Part shown: positions 30,575-40,615 of the stretch, one piece after another
Layout: each line of letters begins with the position of its first letter
Numbering within the stretch: position 1 is the first letter of the stretch
DNA from: an uncultured Chloroflexia bacterium
GTDB lineage: Bacteria; Chloroflexota; Dehalococcoidia; GIF9; UBA5629
Assembly (NCBI GenBank): GCA_963827985.1
Contig: CAWHDI010000040.1
Coordinates: forward strand, 16,682 to 80,681
DNA length: 64,000 bases
Direction of reading: 5' to 3'
Notes under the pieces: generated by a model
Seen by the model: only the letters and a program-made list of their open reading frames with translations
The model's database searches: none
Told to the model about the DNA's origin: nothing
Translations under genes and position numbers: made by a program

Positions 30575-30606
30575 AGGGCCGCCGCATAATGGGCGGCCCT
30601 GCTTTC
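30575..30606. terminator. Perfect 9-bp stem / 8-nt loop hairpin (AGGGCCGCC-GCATAATG-GGCGGCCCT) with a weak T tract
   Basis: Seen directly at 30575-30600, between the AT-rich island and the 3' end of the ALDH gene. Possibly a bidirectional terminator. Confidence 0.4.
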
Positions 30607-30664
30607 AATCGGCTTTAACTCGGTCACGGTCCAGGCCGGGAATTTATTCTTGAACTGGCTTTCA

Positions 30665-32215
30665 CTACTTGCCCTCGTTCTGCATCTTCTGCAGGAACGG
30701 CAATACTTTGAAGAAGGCCTTGATTTTCTGGGAAGTGCTTTGCGAGTACATGAACTTCATAGCATCTACCATTCCTTCCAGGCTGCCTTGCAGTACCGGG
30801 TAATGGTAGAATTCCTTCTTGGCCTTATTGGTATTCTCGGTAATGGATTTTATATCGGTAAACGCCCTCAAACCGACCTCGCTGTGATAGCATCCGATGC
30901 CTGATTCCTTGACGCCTCCGAAGGGCAAGGCCGGAACGGCGAACGTTATCAATGCATCATTGATATTGACCGAGCCGGTCTTGATCTTGGCAGCGATTTT
31001 TCTCCCTTCCTCGATGTCTCTGGTAAATACTGCCCCCGAGAGGCCGTAAGTTGTGCTGTTAGCAATCTTGACCGCTTCGTCTATATTGTCATAGGGTATT
31101 ACCGGCAGCAGCGGGCCGAATGTCTCATTCTTCATCACTTTCATGTCCAGTGTGACATCCGTGAGCACGACGGGAGGCAAGCACATGCCGTCCAGTTTGC
31201 AGTCCATGACTCCTTCGGGCAGCAGCTTTGCCCCTTTGGCCTTGGCGTCCGCAACCTGGTCTTCCACGATTTTATACTGCGATGTCATGGTCATGCTGCC
31301 CACGCAGCCTGTGGCCGTCCCGGATTTGAGGTTCTTTACGATGGCCATTAGCTTTTCTATGAATTGGTTGTAGACGGGACGTTCCACCAGGCATATCTCC
31401 ATGCCTATGCAGGTCTGGCCGCAATTGCTGAATGCGCCCCACGCTACGGCATTGGCGGCCCTGTCCAGGTCGGCGTTCTTCGTAACGATGGCAGCGTCCT
31501 TGCCGCCCAGTTCCATGATGGACGGAACGAGCCTTTCAGCCGCCTTCATATTCACTTTGCGGCCGATCTCCGTGGAACCCGTGAAAAAGAACATATCGAT
31601 ATCGGGGTTTTCTATCAGCGCCTGTCCCGTCACGGATCCGTTACCGGTAGCTATATTGACAACTCCCTCAGGCAACCCGGCTTTTTCCAGGAATTCCCTC
31701 ACCATGATCCCGCAATCGGTCGTCTGGCTGGAAGGCTTTAGTACCACCGTGTTGCCGGCGGCGATGGCTGAGATCACAGGACCTACCGACAGGCAGAAAG
31801 GATAGTTCCAGGGAGAGATTATTGCAACCACTCCCTTAGGCTCATATACATAATATAATTTCCTCCCCGGCATCATGGGATTTCCTTTCACCTTGACGGG
31901 GGCCAGGGTCTTGTCAGCGGTCTGGGAGTAATAATGTGTTACGTCGCAGGATGAATATACATCAGCCAATAGCGCCTCGAATTTGGTTTTACCGTTTTCG
32001 GCCGATACCCGTGCTGCGTAATCAAGTGCATTTTCGGTCAGTACCTCCGCGGCACGTGCCAGTATCTTCATCCTTTCCTTGATAGGGGTTGCCGACCACG
32101 TCTCAAATTTCTTGCGGGCTTTTTCTACCAGGGCGTCGACCTCTTTTCTGTCCATCTGCGGGTACGAAGCGACTTTTTGACCGGTCATCGGGTTGATTAC
32201 ATCAAATGTACTCAT
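30665..32215 (-). CDS. NAD(P)-dependent aldehyde dehydrogenase
   Basis: 516 aa, PF00171-type ALDH (GSTEIGRKV, ELGGKDAAIV, catalytic Cys in NCGQTC). Confidence 0.9.
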   Translation of the reverse strand: MSTFDVINPMTGQKVASYPQMDRKEVDALVEKARKKFETWSATPIKERMKILARAAEVLTENALDYAARVSAENGKTKFEALLADVYSSCDVTHYYSQTADKTLAPVKVKGNPMMPGRKLYYVYEPKGVVAIISPWNYPFCLSVGPVISAIAAGNTVVLKPSSQTTDCGIMVREFLEKAGLPEGVVNIATGNGSVTGQALIENPDIDMFFFTGSTEIGRKVNMKAAERLVPSIMELGGKDAAIVTKNADLDRAANAVAWGAFSNCGQTCIGMEICLVERPVYNQFIEKLMAIVKNLKSGTATGCVGSMTMTSQYKIVEDQVADAKAKGAKLLPEGVMDCKLDGMCLPPVVLTDVTLDMKVMKNETFGPLLPVIPYDNIDEAVKIANSTTYGLSGAVFTRDIEEGRKIAAKIKTGSVNINDALITFAVPALPFGGVKESGIGCYHSEVGLRAFTDIKSITENTNKAKKEFYHYPVLQGSLEGMVDAMKFMYSQSTSQKIKAFFKVLPFLQKMQNEGK

Positions 32216-32390
32216 TGTGTTTCACAAACCTCCTTTTTTATTTCAACCAATAGGCAACTGGCATTTTCATTCAATATTGAGTTGCACCCATGGAACTGCG
32301 GGTGTCTGCTGGAGTGCATAGTTAGGCAGGGAAGACCTGTCTACATTGAGGATAAACGATATAAACGCTGGAAATCTCTTCCAGCCATGC

Positions 32391-32575
32391 GGCCTCTGGA
32401 ACAAATTGTTCGCTCTCCTTTCCAAACTTGGGAGGCGCCACCGTTTCCAGTGGTACCCTCGGGCTTTCGCCACCGGCCGGGTAAACAATGCCTTTTCGGT
32501 TTAGTTATCCGGCTCGAAGAGTTCGTATTTAGTTAATGGTGCAAAAATAGCATGCTTAAGTCAATATGTCAATGG
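32391..32575 (-). promoter_or_regulatory. Copy 1 of a ~185-bp conserved promoter + leader element upstream of the ALDH gene
   Basis: About 90% identical to 35984-36168. Read on the minus (gene) strand it has TTGACA-17 nt-TATTTT, then a GC-rich leader with paired segments. Confidence 0.6.
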
Positions 32576-32801
32576 GTATCCGATGATCACCCATACCGTG
32601 TCATCACGAGTTGGCCCTACGCCCTAACATGTCATCACGAGAAGACCGAAGGTCGACGTGGTGATCTCCTCTTCGGCAGGCCGGGACGTAGTAGATTGCC
32701 ACGTCCGGGTTCCATCGGGCGAACTTGTCCCTACCATCAAAAGAAAACGGGGTGGTCCGGGACCGGACCACCCCCGATTTATCAACGCTGGTATCGACAG
32801 C

Positions 32802-35468
32802 CTAGTATGCTTCCTGATACAGCTTGATTATGTCGTTGGGATCGTTGACCGGCCGTCCGTTAAAGATGACTGCCGTATCGGCTATGGCGTGGAAAGCGCA
32901 GATCGGCAGGTTCTCTTCCGGCACGCCGACGTCACGCAGCTTCGTGGGATGTCCTACCTTCTTCATGAGCGCTTCAATGGCGTCTGCCGCGGCCAGGGCG
33001 GCCTCTTTGTCCTGCATGCCTTTGATATTTACGCCCAGCGCATGCGCCACCTGTGCCAGCTTACCGGCAGATGTTTCCACGTTGTAACGCATCACCTTGG
33101 GCAGGACGATGCCGCAGGCTGCCCCGTGGGGCACATGATGCAGCGCGCCGATAGTGTGTGCCATGCCGTGCGCCAGCCCGACCTGTGCAACGGTAAAGGC
33201 CCATCCTGCCATGGTGGCCGCCAGTTGCATATTCAGCCTGGCCTTCTCATTCTTCCCGTCTTCTGCCACCAGCGGCAGGTTCTCATTGATTATGCGTATG
33301 GCCTGCAGGGCCATGCCGTCGCAAATAAGATTGGACATGGTGCTGGTCATGGCCTCGATGGCATGCGTCATGGCGTCCATGGCCGTCGTCACGGTCAATA
33401 GCCTGGGCAGTGACATCGTAAACCGCGGGTCCAGGATGGCCACGTTTGGCGTGATCCTGGCGTCCACTATGAAGAGCTTGCGCCCTGCGCCTTTGCTGGT
33501 TAATACGGCAACATTGGTCACCTCACTGCCCGTACCGGACGTTGTCGGGATGGCGATATGAGGCGTTTGCGGCTCTGTCAGCACCAGCATGTTCAGATGG
33601 TCGTTGGCCTTGCCGCCGTTCTTAAGCGTTACGCAGACGCCTTTGGCGGTATCGATAACGCTGCCTCCTCCTACGCTCACCACGCAGTCCGCCTTCATTT
33701 CCCGTGCAGCATCGGTTGCTGCATCCACTGATTCGAGGTCGGGGTCTGCCGGCACTTTGTCGAAAATACCGGCGCAGAAATTGCCCAGCGCATTTTTCAC
33801 CAGGTCGGCCAGTCCGGCCTGCCTCACGCCCGGGTCAGTCAGGATGATTGCCCGCTTGCAGCCCAGGTCAACAATGGCTTTGCTGATTGCCGGCAGCGAT
33901 CCGTGTCCGGCGACCACGTTGGTAGGACAGTTATATCCGAAGCCGTCCACCCGTTTGTAATCCGACATAATCTGGAAAGTCATATTGGTTTTGGCGTCCG
34001 CCATGGAATTGACATGCACCCGCTTAATCTGGACATACTCGTGCAGGCCGGCGACACCCAGCTCACGCCCGACGCCTGACTGCTTGTATCCGCCGAATGG
34101 GCAATAATCGGCAAAGATGTGGTAGTTATTGATCCACATCGTGCCGGTGCGCACCTGGGCGGCAATCCTCTCGGCACGGGCGGTATTGGATGAGAATACG
34201 CCGCCGCCCAGTCCGTAGATGGAGTCGTTGGCAATCTCCACCGCCTCTTCGTCGCTGCTGTATTTCATAACGCAGACTACAGGCCCGAAAATCTCTTCCT
34301 GTGCGATGCGCATTTTATTGTTCACCTTGGCGAAGATAGTCGGGGCATAATAATATCCGCCCTTGATGCCTGCTACCTCCACACGTTTGCCGCCGGTTAT
34401 GAGCTCGGCCCCCTCTTCTTTGCCGATCTTAACGTAGCGTTCGACGGTTGCCAGCTGTTCCTTGCTTACCAGTGGCCCCTGGTGGCTGGTGGGGTCCATC
34501 TGGTAGCCGACACGCAGGGCTTCGGCCCGCTTCTTCATTTTGCCGAGGAACTCGTCATATATCTTGGCATGTACCAGTACCCGCGTGCCGGATTCGCATA
34601 CCTGCCCCTGGTGGAAGAACGTGCCGAAGCAGGCCCCTTCTACTGCCAGCTCCATATCAGCGTCATCGAGTATGATATTGGCCGATTTGCCCCCCAGTTC
34701 CAGTGTCACTTTTTTGACTGTCTCCGAGGCCATCCTCATGATCTCACGGCCGACTTCTGTGCTCCCGGTAAAAGCGACTTTATCCACGTCGGGATGCGTG
34801 CAAAGCACCTTGCCCAGCTCTCCGCCCGGACCGGTTATGACATTTAGAACGCCATCCGGTATGCCTGCCGCTTTGGCTGCCTCTGCGATGATGCAGGCGG
34901 TAATCGAAGTGTTCGAGGCCGGCTTTAACACAATGCAGTTGCCCATTGACAGCGCCGGCACTATCTTCCAGAAGGCCATGGTCATGGGGTAATTCCAGGG
35001 TATGATCCCCACGCAGACGCCTATCGGCTCCCTGCGTATATATTCGCGTCCCGGGGCGAACACGTTGCCTGAGGCAGGTATTTCCTCCTCCCACGGGAAT
35101 TTGGTGGCGGCTGCCAGGCTCAGGTTGCGTATAAATGAAATGCCCAGCAGCGGTTCATATTTGGCCAGTCCCATAACATGGCCGGCATCCATGGATTCTG
35201 TTGCCGCCAGCCTTAATCCCTGCTGGGCAATCTGGTCGGCAAAATCCTGCATCTTGGCCATGCGTGCCCGTGGTGATAGCCCGCTCCATACTCCGCTCTT
35301 GAAAGCCTTGCGGGCAGCTGCTATGGCAGCCTCCGCGTCCTCCTTGCCCGCCCGTGCCAGCGTGGCAATCGGCATTTCCGTGCCCGGATCGATCGATTCG
35401 AATGTTTTCCCGCTTGCCGCATCCACAAATTTGCCATCGATAAATAGCTTGTACTGGTCCACTGTCAA
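32802..35468 (-). CDS. Bifunctional aldehyde dehydrogenase (PF00171-type) / iron-containing alcohol dehydrogenase fusion protein
   Basis: 888 aa. N-terminal ~490 aa is a classical ALDH (ELGGKSANII, catalytic Cys in QGQVCESGTR). C-terminal ~390 aa is Fe-ADH (GGGSVIDTAKG, metal-binding His cluster GLAHGMAHTIGALHHVPHGAACGI). Confidence 0.85.
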   Translation of the reverse strand: MTVDQYKLFIDGKFVDAASGKTFESIDPGTEMPIATLARAGKEDAEAAIAAARKAFKSGVWSGLSPRARMAKMQDFADQIAQQGLRLAATESMDAGHVMGLAKYEPLLGISFIRNLSLAAATKFPWEEEIPASGNVFAPGREYIRREPIGVCVGIIPWNYPMTMAFWKIVPALSMGNCIVLKPASNTSITACIIAEAAKAAGIPDGVLNVITGPGGELGKVLCTHPDVDKVAFTGSTEVGREIMRMASETVKKVTLELGGKSANIILDDADMELAVEGACFGTFFHQGQVCESGTRVLVHAKIYDEFLGKMKKRAEALRVGYQMDPTSHQGPLVSKEQLATVERYVKIGKEEGAELITGGKRVEVAGIKGGYYYAPTIFAKVNNKMRIAQEEIFGPVVCVMKYSSDEEAVEIANDSIYGLGGGVFSSNTARAERIAAQVRTGTMWINNYHIFADYCPFGGYKQSGVGRELGVAGLHEYVQIKRVHVNSMADAKTNMTFQIMSDYKRVDGFGYNCPTNVVAGHGSLPAISKAIVDLGCKRAIILTDPGVRQAGLADLVKNALGNFCAGIFDKVPADPDLESVDAATDAAREMKADCVVSVGGGSVIDTAKGVCVTLKNGGKANDHLNMLVLTEPQTPHIAIPTTSGTGSEVTNVAVLTSKGAGRKLFIVDARITPNVAILDPRFTMSLPRLLTVTTAMDAMTHAIEAMTSTMSNLICDGMALQAIRIINENLPLVAEDGKNEKARLNMQLAATMAGWAFTVAQVGLAHGMAHTIGALHHVPHGAACGIVLPKVMRYNVETSAGKLAQVAHALGVNIKGMQDKEAALAAADAIEALMKKVGHPTKLRDVGVPEENLPICAFHAIADTAVIFNGRPVNDPNDIIKLYQEAY

Positions 35469-35818
35469 CCTCCTTTTATTAGCCTTTTATTATATTGACT
35501 GATCTTTATATCGCAGACACCGAACCCATCCCATTCGCTGATCGGTTTACTGGATGTGACTGAAAACCCTTTCCTGCCATGCTCTTCCGCATAACTGATA
35601 TTGATGTCCCCGCTGATTGCATACGTGTCAGGACTGATACTAAAAACGACTCCGCCTGTTTCAACGGTCAGATCGCCCTCATGTGCTGCCTCGGCGGACA
35701 TTACCAGCGATGCGTCGCAGCATCCGGTAAATCCCAGGTCAATGCGGATGAACTTTTGCAGGCCCTTTCCTTCTAATAACGAAAGGATGGCCTGCGATGC
35801 CACGGGACCCAGCGTCAA
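35465..35818 (-). CDS. HesB/IscA-like (Fe-S cluster biogenesis fold) small protein
   Basis: Pattern IRIDLGFTGCCDASLVMSAEAA..GDLTVETGGVVFSISPDTYAISGDINISY fits the HesB/IscA-like beta-sandwich but lacks the C-terminal CGC. It overlaps the fusion gene start by 4 nt, so it is first gene of that operon. Confidence 0.5.
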   Translation of the reverse strand: MTLGPVASQAILSLLEGKGLQKFIRIDLGFTGCCDASLVMSAEAAHEGDLTVETGGVVFSISPDTYAISGDINISYAEEHGRKGFSVTSSKPISEWDGFGVCDIKISQYNKRLIKGG

Positions 35819-35983
35819 TATTGAAATTGCTCTATCCTCCCCCTGTCTTTATTGTATATTGGGTCTTGAGATGCGCAAAAGTTGTAGCAAGTGATCGTCC
35901 GCTTGCACGCGCAGTAAGGGAAGGCGCAGTTGGAGATGCAGAAAATAACCGCCATTGGCGCTGGAAACAGATTACACCCATGG

Positions 35984-36168
35984 GGCACCTGGCACAAATT
36001 GTTTACTCTCCTTTCCAAATTTGGGAGGTGCCGCCGTTTCCAGTGGTACCCTCGGGCTTTCGCCACCGGCCGGGTAAACATGCCTTTTTGGTTTAGTTAT
36101 CCGGCTCGAAGAGTTCGTATTTGGACAATGGCGTAAAAATAACATGCTTATGAGAATATGTCAACTCA
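35984..36168 (-). promoter_or_regulatory. Copy 2 of the ~185-bp conserved promoter + leader element (upstream of the HesB-like/ALDH-ADH operon)
   Basis: Direct repeat of 32391-32575. TTGACA-17-TATTTT on the gene strand. Confidence 0.6.
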
Positions 36169-36272
36169 GATTGAGTTTCTTGGCGGCGGCCATTTCTTAT
36201 CTTGAAAGAAACGAAGACGCGGCAGATTGCATCCTGCCGGTGGGATAACTCCTGTTTGGTAGTGGTATACTG

Positions 36273-37199
36273 TTGGCGCATCCAATTATTTCGGCAGGAG
36301 AGACTGGAATGGAAGCAGTATTGCAGTGGGGCTTAAACCTTATTATCGCAATCCAGCAGGTCCACGGTCCGGCGCTTGATGCCATTTTCCGCGCCATTAC
36401 CTTTGCCGGGGAGGAGCAGTTCTACCTGGTGCTGCTGCCCCTTATTCTCTGGTGTTTTGATTATGGCTTCGGCGCAGTAATGGCAGTCTTCTTCATGATT
36501 TCGACTTCTGTTAACGTCGCCGTGAAGGACATTTTCCAGCAGCCTCGTCCCTTCGAGCTGAATCCGTCAGTTAAATTGTCCGACGCCACAGGGTACGGGC
36601 TTCCCAGCGGCCATGCGCAGATATCTCTGACTGTGTGGGGTTCGCTTGCCGACCGGCTAAACAAGAAATGGTTCTGGATTGTGGCCGCCGTCGTCGTCCT
36701 TCTTATTTCTTTCTCTCGCATCTACCTGGGTGTGCATTTCCCAACCGATGTGTTTGCTGGCTGGATCATCGGCGGCATATTGCTGGCCCTTTACATCGTA
36801 TATCGGGCGCGGGTCGAGCAATGGCTGGCCGGGCTTAATATCGGCTTCCAACTTTTACTTGCCATTGCCGTTCCGGCGCTGTTCCTTTTGCCTTATCCCT
36901 CTACTGATGCCCTGACCGGTTCAGGTGCTTTTCTCGGTATAGGCGTTGGCCTGATATTCAAATCGCGTTATCTATCTTATAGCACAGCAGGACCATGGTG
37001 GCAGCGCACTGTTCGTTTTATCGTAGGCATCGTGGTTTTATTTGCGCTTTACCTTGGACTTAAAGCCGTATTCCCTCCCGACGCCTCTGCTGCGGGTCCG
37101 GCGTTCCGCTTTGTGCGCTATGCTCTCATCGGGGGATGGATTATCATCGGCGCTCCATGGTTCTTCCGTGTAACACGGCTGGCCAGAGCTTCTGCCTGA
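36273..37199 (+). CDS. PAP2-family phosphatase (phosphatidic acid phosphatase type 2 / undecaprenyl-PP phosphatase-like)
   Basis: Motifs KDIFQQPRP, PSGHA, SRIYLGVHFPTD within a 6-TM protein. Confidence 0.8.
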   Translation: MAHPIISAGETGMEAVLQWGLNLIIAIQQVHGPALDAIFRAITFAGEEQFYLVLLPLILWCFDYGFGAVMAVFFMISTSVNVAVKDIFQQPRPFELNPSVKLSDATGYGLPSGHAQISLTVWGSLADRLNKKWFWIVAAVVVLLISFSRIYLGVHFPTDVFAGWIIGGILLALYIVYRARVEQWLAGLNIGFQLLLAIAVPALFLLPYPSTDALTGSGAFLGIGVGLIFKSRYLSYSTAGPWWQRTVRFIVGIVVLFALYLGLKAVFPPDASAAGPAFRFVRYALIGGWIIIGAPWFFRVTRLARASA

Positions 37200-37239
37200 T
37201 CGGCATTGCGGATCCATGGGCGCGTTATCGCCGCCAGCG

Positions 37240-37767
37240 TTACATCGATTCGCCGGACAGTCCCTGCAGTGATCGCAGTACCATGATCTGGCCCAGGTGG
37301 CGGTTTCCATGGGTCATCACCGTTTGCATTATATGGCGCAGTTTCGTCTGTTCGCCCTGGCCCTGTACCAAAACCCTGGTCTGCAATTCTTCTTCGCTGA
37401 TATTGGCCAGGTAAGGCTCGATATCCGTCCAGACGTCGCGTGCATACTGCAAAAATTCGTTCAGGCTGGGCAGCCTTAAGGCGTTGGCCTCGGCACGCGC
37501 CATGCCCGTCCCCTGCGCTACCTTGGGGAGCCCCCATTTTTCGAAAAGCCCCTGTCTGATCCAGACGGGCGGCTTGCGGTTCTGGCAGACGAAATTGATG
37601 ATATTATCTTCCGTGCGTACAAAGTGCCAGGCGTGGAAAGCAATATGGCAGCAATTATCGTTTGGCAGGAAATACAGTTGCTCATTGCTCAGGTTGCTGA
37701 TGGAATCCTGGTAATCTGCGTTGAGGTTCCCGATAAAATGCGTCAGGTACGCGTTTATAATTATCAC
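37240..37767 (-). CDS. DinB/YfiT-family (DinB_2) protein
   Basis: Second DinB_2-like four-helix-bundle protein in the window (HAWHFVRTED...THGNRHLGQI). Confidence 0.75.
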   Translation of the reverse strand: MIIINAYLTHFIGNLNADYQDSISNLSNEQLYFLPNDNCCHIAFHAWHFVRTEDNIINFVCQNRKPPVWIRQGLFEKWGLPKVAQGTGMARAEANALRLPSLNEFLQYARDVWTDIEPYLANISEEELQTRVLVQGQGEQTKLRHIMQTVMTHGNRHLGQIMVLRSLQGLSGESM

Positions 37768-37794
37768 TGCCGCCCCCTTACCTTTTGACTTTTT

Positions 37795-38229
37795 CTATCT
37801 CTTTTCAGCCCTTGTCTTCAGGGCGAGGTTCATTTCTTGGAATCCTCTCAGTGTGTCCCGGTCCAGGCTGCGTACCAGCATCGGGACAAGCAGTCCGCTG
37901 AATATTTCGTGCTGAATGAATCGGACTCGGTCTGGACCCAGCGGCTCAATTCTGAGGATGTGCTCCCCATCGAAGAGTCCGGGAATAAGTAAATGTCCCA
38001 ACCAGCGAAGCTCATTGTTTGGCTCGGCTTTGAGTACAGTCGGACGAAACCGCATGCCTCCGGCGCCCTGGGGCTGAAGATAGACATCGAGCTGTGCCCC
38101 TGTCTTCACCTGCCCGCTCGCCCGTCGCATGAATGGGTTCCATTCCGGGAAGGCCGCAAAGTCGGTCAGTACCTGCCATACGCGCTCGGCCGGCGCCTGG
38201 ATTTCAATCTCGCTGTCCAGCTCCTTCAT
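37795..38229 (-). CDS. SRPBCC (polyketide cyclase/Bet v1-like) family protein
   Basis: Start at MKELDSE with GGAGG 9 nt upstream. PERVWQVLTDFAAFPEWNP motif of Polyketide_cyc2/SRPBCC. The longer ORF start at 38403 is unlikely. Confidence 0.75.
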   Translation of the reverse strand: MKELDSEIEIQAPAERVWQVLTDFAAFPEWNPFMRRASGQVKTGAQLDVYLQPQGAGGMRFRPTVLKAEPNNELRWLGHLLIPGLFDGEHILRIEPLGPDRVRFIQHEIFSGLLVPMLVRSLDRDTLRGFQEMNLALKTRAEKR

Positions 38230-38315
38230 GTCCCTTATCCCTCCTCCCTTGTATTCCCATTCTCTCTTCTCGCAGCCTCCCCGTGCGGCATCCTCTTGCA
38301 ATGCCGCGCCGTCTG

Positions 38316-40024
38316 TCAGGAGCGGCTTTCCTTTAACAGTTTCTTGATAACATCCGTCAGCCCATCCAGGGGCTTTATATCCGCCTGCTGTTCCCTGCGC
38401 CATTTCAGTTCCACGCTGTTGGTCTTGAGCGTGCGTGCGCTTATGACGACGCGCAGCGGGATTCCTATCAGGTCGGCGTCATTGAATTTTACTCCCGGCG
38501 ATTCCTCCCGGTCGTCAAAAAGTACCTCTACGCCCGCCGCTGTCAGCTCGGCGTAAAGTTTTTCCGCCGCCTCCATTACCTTGCTGTCCTCTACCTTCAG
38601 AGCGCACAGGTATACTTCGTAGGGAGCGATGGGCACTGGCCACATTATGCCTTTGTCGTCATGGTTCTGCTCCACTGCTGCCGCCAGCAGCCTGCCGACG
38701 CCGATGCCGTAGCATCCCATGATGCAGGGCTTGTTCGATCCGTCCTTGTCCAGGTAATAGGCGCCCAGCCTTTCGCTCAGGAAAGTGCCGAGTTTGAACA
38801 CGTGTCCCACCTCGATGCCCCGCTGCGACGATAGTTCGTGGCTGCACCGGCTGCAAACCCCTCCGGCGCAGGCCTTCGCGATATCGGCGACTATATCCGC
38901 TTTGAAGTCCCTGGGATAGTTCACATTCTTAAGGTGCGTGTCCTTTTTATTGCCCCGGCCACGAAATTCGTGCCCGAGCTTGATCGAATCGTCGGCCACG
39001 ATCTTGATGCCCCTTCAGGTTGACCGGCGAGGCGTATCCCGCCACCAGTCCCGCTGCCTGGTTCTCAGCTTCCGTCGCAATATGCAGGTCGTTGCACTTC
39101 AAGCAGGTTCTTCAGCTTTATCTCGTTTACTTCCAGGTCGCCCCTGATTACCACGAACACCGGTTCACCGTCGGCCGTGTAGAACACGGATTTCAGTGTC
39201 TGGTCGGCTTTGACGCCTAAGAATAGCGCCACTTCCTCGATGGTCTTCAGGCCGGGTGTGGAGACTTCTTCCACCGGCAGGGGCTCTTCTTTCTTTTCCG
39301 GGGCTTTTGATGCTGATGGCCTTTTCCGCGTTGGCGGCATAGTCGCAGTGCAGGCAGTAAATGATTTCGTCTTCGCCGCTTTCGGTTATCAGCATGAATT
39401 CATGCGAGCCTTGCCGCCGATGGCCCCGCTGTCGGCTTCCACCATCACCGCGGGCAGCCCGCAGCTGGCGAAGATGTTCTTGTAGGCCTGCACCATCTTC
39501 TTATAGCTTTCGTCCAGTCCGGCCTCATCCGTGTCGAAGCTGTAAAGGTCCTTCATGATGAATTCGCGCACGCGCAGCAGCCCGCCCCTGGGCCTGGGCT
39601 CGTCCCTGAATTTGTTCTGTATCTGATAGGGCAGCTGCGGCAGGTCGCGGTAGCTTTGCACGGCCCGCCTCACCAGGTCGGTGATCACTTCCTCGTGCGT
39701 CGGCCCGATCGCCAGCGTATGCTCTTTGCGGTCCTTCACGGTGAAAAGCGTTTTGTCGAAGGACGGCAGCCTGCCGGATTTCTCCCACAGCTCTATTGGT
39801 TGCAGGGACGGCATATTCAGTTCCTGCCCGCCGGCTTTGTCCATCTCATCCCGGATGATGTTTTCTATCTTCTTTAATACCTTCCAGCCCGTGGGCATGT
39901 AGGAATATACCCCCGCCGCCACCTGCTGGATCATGCCGGCACGCACCAGGAACCGGTGGCTTGCCGTATCTGCATCTGAAGGGGCTTCCTTTAAGGTCCT
40001 GCCCAGTAGTCTGGAAAAGCGCAT
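38316..40024 (-). CDS. proS: Prolyl-tRNA synthetase, broken into at least 4 frames in this assembly
   Basis: Fragments 39389-40024 (class II motifs, YMPTGWKV, RPRGGLLRVREF), 39165-39395, 39065-39340 and 38316-38999 (anticodon-binding/C-terminal GCYGIGVGRLL) are colinear ProRS segments in different frames. Confidence 0.8.
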
Positions 40025-40128
40025 GTTACTATCCTCTTCTTATAAATGTAATAGGGTATTTTAGAATATTTGGCCGTGAATTTAAAAGATTGAGCGGGCG
40101 ATGCAACGAATCGTTGTGCAGAAGAAGA

Positions 40129-40615
40129 TTACATAATCTTTTTGATGGGCTGCCTGATGCCGAGGGGTGCGCCGATCTCGTTGAAGACCTTGTCGATGGC
40201 CTTTTGGAGATCGTTCTTGTTATTGTTTTTCATCAGGTTGTGACGGATTGCCACCAGGCGCGCTATTGAGTTAGCTGCGGTGGTTTGCAGGTCTACCCGG
40301 TCTGGGTTGTCTGTTATCAGGTTTAGCAGTTTGACCCGCATGATGGCGATCTCATCGTCTATCCCCTCGACTTCGCGGGCTTCCTCGAGTTGTTCCTTCT
40401 GGGTTTCATTCAGGGTTCGACTGTAGAATCCGTGCTTCCGTGCATTGTGGTTGCCTCTTGGGGCGCCGCCCCGGTTCTTTCGTTCTTTCATATCGTACTT
40501 TGAGTAGTCCGTATACGATTGCCAGCGCTGCCAGCTCGTATTTCTCTTCCTGTAGTGCCTTTTCAAGCAGACTGACTTTCATGGTATTGGCGTTATTATA
40601 GGTGTGTAGCTTCAT
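40129..40615 (-). CDS. Small basic protein with a GAPRGNHNARKHGFYS motif (phage small-terminase-like/DNA-binding?), possibly frameshifted
   Basis: ORFs 40406-40615 and 40129-40566 overlap in different frames. The GNxNAxKHGxYS motif recurs in some phage-associated small proteins. Function is uncertain. Confidence 0.35.

Noticed and set aside
32177-32536. ORF 32177-32536 (+) and ORF 35797-36096 (+), with near-identical C-termini (...SPFQ.WE.PPFPVVPSGFRHRPGK...)
   Set aside because: They mirror the two copies of the 185-bp non-coding repeat upstream of the ALDH operons. There is no RBS. The similarity is at the DNA level only, so they are artefacts of the repeat.
33154-34992. Several 120-150-aa plus-strand ORFs inside 32802-35468
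   Set aside because: All are antisense to the continuous 888-aa ALDH-ADH gene. Their translations are Ala/Ser/Pro-rich with no motifs.
35960-36000. TGGCAC-N5-TTG on the plus strand of the repeat, resembling a sigma-54 -24/-12 element
   Set aside because: The spacing and the -12 GC do not fit TGGCACG-N4-TTGC. It also lies on the strand opposite to the downstream genes. A sigma-70 TTGACA-17-TATTTT on the gene strand fits better.
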